In this document: one piece after another, positions 56,420 through 64,000 of the stretch
Numbering within the stretch: position 1 is the first letter of the stretch
Layout of the letters: every line of letters begins with the position of its first letter
From: Phoronis australis
Taxonomy: Eukaryota > Animalia > Phoronida
Direction of reading: 5' to 3'
Assembly: GCA_002633005.1 (NCBI GenBank)
Contig: NMRA01000295.1
Location: 147,124-211,123 of the forward strand
Length of the DNA stretch: 64,000 nt
Notes under the pieces: model-generated
What the model saw: only the letters and a program-made list of their open reading frames with translations
What the model was told of the DNA's origin: nothing
Database searches by the model: none
Program-made: the position numbers and the translations under genes

Positions 56420-59400
56420 CTAGTGATAAGAATTGTGTGAAAGTTGAGGTGCTCGCATTACGGTGTAGTAGCCTATGTAGACCTACTAACGCCAAATAAA
56501 CTTTCACTAGGCATCCACTGGTAGATTTTGATGCCGCACTGCCATGGATGCGTCATTAGGCTTATTCGTTTAATTCTACTCAAACGACATGGCCTCGCAA
56601 CTCACCAATGACAGATTAGTATTCAGTCCAAAATAAACTTCTGAGCTTAATTCTAAATTGTTTTTAGGTATTTTGCTAAATGCGCACAGCTGACAATGCG
56701 TCTCACATAAACTTAAAGAAGAATGAAACTGTTTTTAACGTGCTTTGGGCAATGAAGAACAATCTGCTTAATTTGTTTTTAGACAACTTTGGAAATTAAA
56801 TAAGTAACGCAAATACTCGAAGTGACACCGATGAGTAGGATTCAACTGCCTCATCTAAACCTAAACATTTCTGTGGTGCATTCTATAATAACGTGTCTTA
56901 CTTTTTCCCTCTGTTCTTGTCTAGATTCTCGAAATAACGAAGTTTACAACTCACGCAAACATTGGCACAACTTCGGACCTTTTTTCATGTGGTCTATCGC
57001 TCGCCGATCCTACGGCTATTAAAGGCTCAGCAAAACGGGAGATTCGCAATGCGAATTGACAAAAAGAATATTGTCAATGAGGAAAATTGTCTATCTCGTC
57101 AAGTTCGAACCTTGCCTTACCGTGACTCGGGCATCATGACATTCGACTGAAGTGTGAAGTGAGCGATTCGGCCATTGCGCTGTACTCATTGACATCATTT
57201 TGATGTAAAAATGTTGAAGTTTACTATTCAATGAATTTCGGACTGCAATGAAGTGATTATTTAACTCTGCTTAAAATATAATTATCACAACTCCCAAAAC
57301 ACGAGAATGTTGATCCATCCACACTGTCGGCTTGCGACGCATAATAAGGTGAGTCAATCAAAACGTGCTCCCCCAACACATTTTAGGCGTCAGGATTAAA
57401 CCGTGGTAATCGGCAAAGGCTTGGGCCGGGGACAGTACAGAAAACGAAGTCGGCTAAAAAATTGTCAAATACTAATGCTCGAGTTGCCATTTCAGGGCCC
57501 TAGTCTGGACATTTAAAACACCAACTTAATCATTCATACATGTATTTCGAAGAAGTCAAAAAATTTAAGTCTTCTAATTCACTGGATTTTTTAATTTAAA
57601 AAAGCAATTTTAGGGTATGCAAAACTACTTCTCCAGGCACCCCACAAGAGGTAATGGAATTATCTGTCGCTCTCTTCCTTGATTTTTTCTCAAAATTGTA
57701 TGTCAGTTGATTATAAAATTTGAGAACCTTAATTGCTGCTTATTTCCTACTATTAAAATTAAATATCTTTTCATGTTTTGGACCCAGCTTTTGGAGGGGG
57801 CACGTTGATGGCATCCATGCTTTTCGTGTTTTTTATTGAGAACTTGAGGGGCCGCTAACTCAGAGAGGGCCCAATGATGGATCAATTGGCTGTAAATTGT
57901 CCCGTTTTTGTGCGATCACAGATACTTTTATGTCAAGCCTGGAAACTTTTCTTTACCATGACACCGTTTTTTAATTCCGCCTCTCACCTTATGGCGGCCT
58001 TGGATTGGTTTAAAATTAGCGACACTCAGAGAAAGAAGGGGCGATAGGAAATGTGGTAAAGGTTTGGCGAAGTCGAATTAGTTTGTACCCCTCCAATAAT
58101 CTGTCCCTTCTTACTGATTACCCTTAGTGTCCTACCCATGCTTAAGCAATACACTCGCAAACACAAAGCGGACGTCAAAAGCTGGTACGCTATATTGCTC
58201 CATCGTGACAGCAAAGAATGAAAGGCCAATAATAGCAATGGCAACCTTGTTGCGACTCACTTTTGGAGTCGTCGACAACTTGCCGATGGAAATAGTATGT
58301 CCGATATTACTCCAATTTTTTGTTGGAATTAAGCCCTGTACAACTATTTGACCACAGTCTACACTGTCCGATTAGCAGTAAAGAAAGTCAATACAAAGTT
58401 TACAAAGGGCTTTAGGTGTTTGAATATTTCTTACCGTGAGGTATATTTTAAACCTTTAAGTTTAAAAAACCTAAACCTTAGACCTAAAAATGACATCGAC
58501 GTGGTGCATAAAATGTCGTAAGGACAAACGGCACGAGTTACGTTTGGTGGCTTTTAAATTGCTCTCCCGTGTGTACTTAGAGTATATACATTTTAGTTGT
58601 GTCCAAAGACTTTGTTTACTAGTAAAAATGAACCGCATTCCATCTAAACCAATGTCACAAGGGAAATTTATTTGTCAATAGGTTCCTCACCTATGCCAAA
58701 CGACACTATCTTCTCTGCCAGTTCCTTGTTAAAATTCCCCTTTCCATCTATAAACCTTTCAGGCCTAAACACGTGCGGCTGGGGGAATTCCTTGTCGTTC
58801 AGATTGACTGCTGTCAAGTTTGGAATAATCGGCGTTTTGGCTGGAATCTTGTATCCACGAAGTTCTACGTCAGAAGACGTGCAATGCGGAACAGACTTGG
58901 AAACTATGTTACCTGAAATAGTATAATGATGACATTTCCATACAATTGAATTTTAAAGCTACATTTTCCCGTTTAGATAACCAAATATGAAAATCGAATT
59001 AGACACATTTCCCTTTATTCTTTACCGGGATAGAATTCTATTCCAGTTGCCAGTAAGAACATCGAAGCCGTCAGCCGGACTGAATGAGGAAACGTTTCCT
59101 TGCTTATTGGGATTGGCCAAGCCCGAAATTGCGAATTTGATAATGGCGAATACACGTATTGCCTGCATCTTGAGTAGGAATCCTATCACTATAAGAAATA
59201 TTTTGAAGTCACCTAGACAGGGGCAAATGCAGCTTTAAGTTTGAAAACGTACTGACTTTTCTTTGTGTTTTGAAAATGTACTTCCTCTGTCTACATTAAA
59301 TGTTAATATGACAGTCACGTCAGCATTTTGGAAAAGTGGCGTTTTCACCTCAAGAAGATTAGGATCAAGCTTGTGTTTCAGGCCAGAAATTTGATCTCTA

Positions 59401-59830
59401 TGTACATCATGCACGCACACGAAGACCTTCTTATACCTATACATATATCGTTTAAACCAAGTTGTTCAAAATGGCTATTACAATTAGAAGCGTAGTGTTT
59501 TGTATCATTTCATTCTAAATTTCAACTAGATTGCACGATGAATTGAAGGAAAACAGCTCTCAAACAACGTTTTTCGGGCATATTTTGTTAAGATAAACTC
59601 ATTACCTGTGCGGAGTACTTCGGTGATTACAGCTTGTGTGTAGGGTAAGTGCGCTTTGTCTGCTATACTTGGAAATCTTTCTTTTCCAATGGAGTCGTAG
59701 ATTTCACTTCGGACTTTTTCTTGAATGTCTGGAAAGTTCAACATATACACCAAGGCCCAAAGCAATAAGGTCGAAGTGGTTTCTGTACCAGCCGCAAAAC
59801 AGTCGTAAATCAGCCTTCCGATTTGGTCAT
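56223..59830 (-). CDS. Cytochrome P450, CYP2 clan, last three exons (5' exons not found in the window)
   Basis: Exons 59830-59606, 58912-58691, 56419-56223, all phase 1. I-helix AAGTETT, K-helix EVLR, PERF, heme motif FGIGKRLCLGE. Confidence 0.92.
58691..58912 (-). CDS. CYP exon (PERF)
   Basis: NIVSKSVPHCTSSDVELRGYKIPAKTPIIPNL..FRPERFID..VSFGI. Confidence 0.92.
59606..59830 (-). CDS. CYP exon (I and K helices)
   Basis: IYDCFAAGTETTSTLLLWALVYMLNFPDIQEKVRSEI..LPYTQAVITEVLR. Confidence 0.92.
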
Positions 59831-60268
59831 CTGGAAGAAGAAACAAAGTGCAGAAAATTGTATTTCTTTTGACTCAAGTCTGGACGCCCAGCGAAACTAC
59901 AAAGCTGGACTAATTTCTGGAACTTGCAGTTCCGCTGACAGATTATATGGACGTGCTGTTTTGAGCTCCTGAACCACACGGTGAGACACGGTATTTCAAA
60001 TTACAGAAATGTAGAAAAAGAATGCCGGTTGGCGGTGCTTCAATCACCGCCAGTAATAATAAAAGACGACTGTTTTTCGTCGAACAGCAACCGGAAGTGA
60101 AATAACCAAAAAAACGTACGAATAAAGTACACAAATAATGGCGCAACGTCTCTTTTACGTTAAATGGACAAAGTCCGTACGAGCTCTAGAACTATAACGG
60201 ACAAAGCCCATAGTACTTAAGGTCTATAAATACGAAAGGGGTATAGTGACGAACTAGAAGAACAAACA

Positions 60269-63200
60269 TTAATTCAAGACAAAGTCCTGAAGACGTGCTG
60301 GAAGGTGACGGGGCCTAGTAGAGCGTCGAGGAGAGGCATCACTAACTGCAGGGACATCAACTGCTTCAGACGTGACATCAAGTAAACCGGAGTTGATAGG
60401 CACAGCCGGATCTTCGGACGGTGTATGACCGTCAGGGGCCAACTCAGAGGGAACTTCGGGAGCGGGAGGCTCGAGTGGAGGTTGTGAGATGGGCGTCGGC
60501 CTTGAGGATAGTGGCGTAACAGGATCGTCATCATCAGCTGGTTCAAAGCTGGAAGAGGAAGTCCCGGGTCTAGTGAGAGGGACCATCTCGTGAGGGACTT
60601 TGTAGCACTCCGTACCTTTAACACGATAGGATGTTGAGCGAAGTTGGTTGCCAATATATTTCTGAATGTTGAGCCAAGAGCTGTCGCGACAAACCACGAA
60701 ATAGCGAGGGCGGGAGCGGGTCTTATAGCGATCACCGCACAGATAAACTAAATCCCCGGCTGTAGCATTGCTCGTGGGAGGGAGTCTAGCCATAGAAGTC
60801 ATAGATCTCGTTCATGTTTTCTTACATGTTTGAGTCGCTGTGCCTCGATCAGGGTGAGGTTGGTGATGGGTACTTGGTTGCAGGTAAATTGGTCACGTTG
60901 GAGTAGCATGTCTCGGGCAGATAATCCTCTTGAACGAAGCCGACTGTTAAGTCGGGCAACTGCGAGTGAAAGTAGCAAAGAAGTTACCTTGCCATAGACC
61001 AGTGTTCTAGTAGTAACTCATCGGAAAGCTCTTCAATAGCCTTTTCAACGACTGGGTTGTAATTGGGGTTCTTTACAAGCCCAACTTCAACTGTAATCCT
61101 GTGTCGTTTAAGAGATCATCGTCCTTCAAAGCACTGAAGCCATGAGCCTGATCCCTACGGATAACTGTTGGAGGACCATCCAGAGGACAAAGTTCTATGG
61201 ACAGTTGAAGAAGACAATCTCGCAAGTTGTCACGGTGTTCACTCTCGACAATGCGTGCGACGGTGTAGGAGAACACGCATTCTCGCAGCACGAGAATCAA
61301 CTGGCGACCACACGTCATGACATCTGCAGCGAAAGATAGACCGACGGTCGGGGGAGGGACAGACGAATCTTGAGTGATCAACGTCTTAGGTAATGTCTGA
61401 AGGGAGCAACACTGGTGGCAAGATTTGGAACATCTGTCAATGGCGGTGTCCAAGTCGAGGGCGTAGAAGTAACGTTGGATAACTAGCTTACCTGATTGGA
61501 TGAGGGATGATCCAAGCGGAGGTGAAGAGCCATGAGTAGACCGTCTAAGACAGAATGTGGAACAACTATGCATTCACGAATTGGAGCGAGGGGTGCATTT
61601 CTACGGACAACTAGTAAACCATCGCTAGCGAACTTGAAAATGTTTAGGTAACGCTGCACTTCCCGAACATCTATCAGCTTCCTACTGGAACGCGTACCCT
61701 GAGTGAGATGAGCATGACTACGGCGAAGGTCCGAGCACTCAGTTTGGATGCCAAGCAGAACTGGTAGTGAAGGAAAGCCTCGACACACCGGATAAGATGT
61801 CGTCCGTGGATGAACGAAAGACACACAATCTTCGGTAGAGGCCACGAAGGAGCATACCTGACACGCCATGTCTGAACATTCAATACCATGTCGGCTTGTG
61901 AATTCTGATACGATGTTCGTGGCACCTGAAATATGGAGGACAGTAGCTTGGAACCGAGATACAGCTGACAAAAATATAGACACTTGAGGACTCCACATAA
62001 GCGATCACAGGCCTGTACATATGGCCTACTGTCAGTGAGGACCGTAACACGAGGCTTGGACTGGATGAAGTATGGGCTGAAGAGCTTCAAGCCACGGCAA
62101 TTGCCAAAGTTTCAACCTCACAGGGGAACCAAAGTACTTGGCAGGACTTAAGCTTGGCACTGAAGAAGGAAGCAATCTTGGGTTTTCCTTCCCTCGTAAC
62201 ATATAGGGTGGCTGCTATCAATGACTGTTTGGCAGCGGCGTCTGTCACAATCCACAGGTTGTCCTCAGGTCGGGGAAGTGTGATGACCTTGTTGGACGAG
62301 AGTGCCTTCTGGGCAGCAGAAAATGCACTGACTAACTCATCAGACCTTGTCAATGGATCCTTGGAATCGTGGCCTGAAATAGCATCATCCAGTGGAGACA
62401 TATCGGCAGAGCAATTAGGGATAACCCTAGACAGAGCCTTGAAGGCAGCAATGAAGAAACGTATCTGACGCACAAATGTAGACCAGACTTAGCAAGGGCA
62501 GAAAGTAACAGAGACGGGATTTGATAAAAAGCACACGTGAGATCCGTCTTGGCGATAAATCGCCACAGGGTAATTTTGCGTAGGACCGAATCTACAGCGG
62601 GCATGAGTGATGGTTGGGGTTTGGCGTATCTTCCAACATCCGCAAAGGCTGTCACGAGTCGAAATCCGCCGCTGGGCTTTTTGATCAGGAAGGATGGGTT
62701 GAGATACTCAGCTTGGACCTTCACATCTTCGGGACGAACAAAGACACCGAGTGTCTCAAGGTAGTGGAATTTCTGTTGGAGGTCGTGGAGATTTGTCGGT
62801 GAGTACATAGGTAGACGACCCCTGCGTTGTGGCAGCTGAGTGGGACCCATGTTAACAGAGGCTTCAAATGGACTCGCGGATCCATTGTAACCGGTAAAAC
62901 TGGGGTTGTATATAGTAGGAAAGGACTCGTGGAGGCGTTCGAAAGCCTTCCGGGCAACATCCGGTAAAACTCCATCGGGATCGACTGAAGCGAAGAGAAA
63001 ATGCTGGACATGCTGCGTGGTTGGTGAGGATGTTTGGGAGGGTGCTACCATTGTAGGTACAGGTGTGAAGACGTGGTGAAGCTGACAAAAGTGTTCGTCC
63101 TTGCATACGAACCGGGGTTCGTTTGTCATTTAGTGGGTGTACCTTGCCCTGATCAGCAGTAATGATTTGCGGTTTGGGCCACAAGTCACTAGGGTCGCAA

Positions 63201-64000
63201 CATCGGGCACTTGCGGAATCTATTCGGGGTTCAATCACTATCTCCTGTTAATGTCCAAGTACATCAGCAGCGACTTCAATGTCTGGCCATTCTCCTGGCC
63301 ATACCACAGTGGCTGAAGGAGGGGAACACAGAACGTGTTCTACGGACAAGTGACTATCTTGACGAAGTGATTATAGCTGTAGACATCGACTTCTCCTACA
63401 CCAACCTCTTTCTTAGCTGTGTACACGGAGATGTTAATGGGTAGCACCAAGGACTTCTAAATCAAATGTCTTAATGACCAGGCCCTCGAAAACCAATTTG
63501 TGGCTGTCAAGCATGAAAGTGATCTTGGTTTCGCCGACAACATTGAGTGGGGAGGCACCATCAGCTTGGAAAGCATACTGTGTGTTGGGGACGATAGGTG
63601 TACCGAGTGATCGAGCGCAAGATTCGCGTACCATATTTCCTGTAGCACCACAATCGAGAGTAAGCCGGGCCAGTTGATCGTGGCACACAACGTCGATGAA
63701 AGGTGACTGGATAATTTGCACTCGGTTCGCTATGGACTCCTCGGGTTCACAAATCTCGTCGGGACACTCTGAAAGACTGGGATCACCAACCACGGAGAAG
63801 CGGGCCTTCATAAGATAGCGTTTGTCTTCTCCCTGCGGGTAGGTAGGGATACTGAGACAAGTAGTGATCAAACTGGGAGAGATGAGCCTGTTTACACCGT
63901 GGACATGACTTTGATGGGTTTCGGCGAGGGACAAAGGTTGCCTTGCGAGGGAGAGCCCGCAACGCCTTGGCATTTTCGAGTGTTTTTAACTCGTCAAGCA
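60269..64000 (-). mobile_element. Decayed Ty3/Gypsy LTR retrotransposon (gag knuckle, protease, RT, RNase H, integrase) continuing beyond the window
   Basis: CPRCKQ..H knuckle; protease LDCGAT; RT KKPSGGFRLV..DLTCAFYQIP; RNase H IVTDAA..CEVE..VLTDSRP; integrase H..H..C..C and core; C-terminal RRSTRP. Many frameshifts. No 3' LTR or polypurine tract recognised. Confidence 0.92.

Noticed and set aside
59880-60268. Expected 3' LTR of the Gypsy element
   Set aside because: No polypurine tract or TG..CA boundary identifiable, and the 5' LTR is not in the window for comparison.

Overview
This is eukaryotic genomic DNA, AT-rich with GT-AG introns and two N-gaps. The repeat types suggest a marine invertebrate such as a mollusc, but that is inference. 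I built four spliced genes by hand from splice sites and reading phase. (1) The 3' end of an unknown low-complexity, proline-rich protein gene on + (~198-5619). (2) An 18-exon, ~922-aa gene on - (27826->8239) in which an N-terminal CFAP97D1/D2-like (KIAA1430/Hemingway) ciliary domain splices in frame into two tandem, divergent annexin cores (8 repeats) joined by a long basic linker. This apparent ciliary-protein/octad-annexin fusion is the main finding. (3) A complete 10-exon UBR7 on + (34568-49329, 423 aa), head-to-head with gene 2. (4) The last three exons of a CYP2-clan cytochrome P450 on -, with a decayed Ty3/Gypsy element upstream. Non-coding regions hold Helentron-like non-autonomous elements carrying CTCF-like motifs, a truncated Penelope element with hammerhead-like cores, a Kolobok-like THAP element, MITEs, LINE 3' ends and many minisatellites. 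All family assignments come from remembered motifs; no database search was run.
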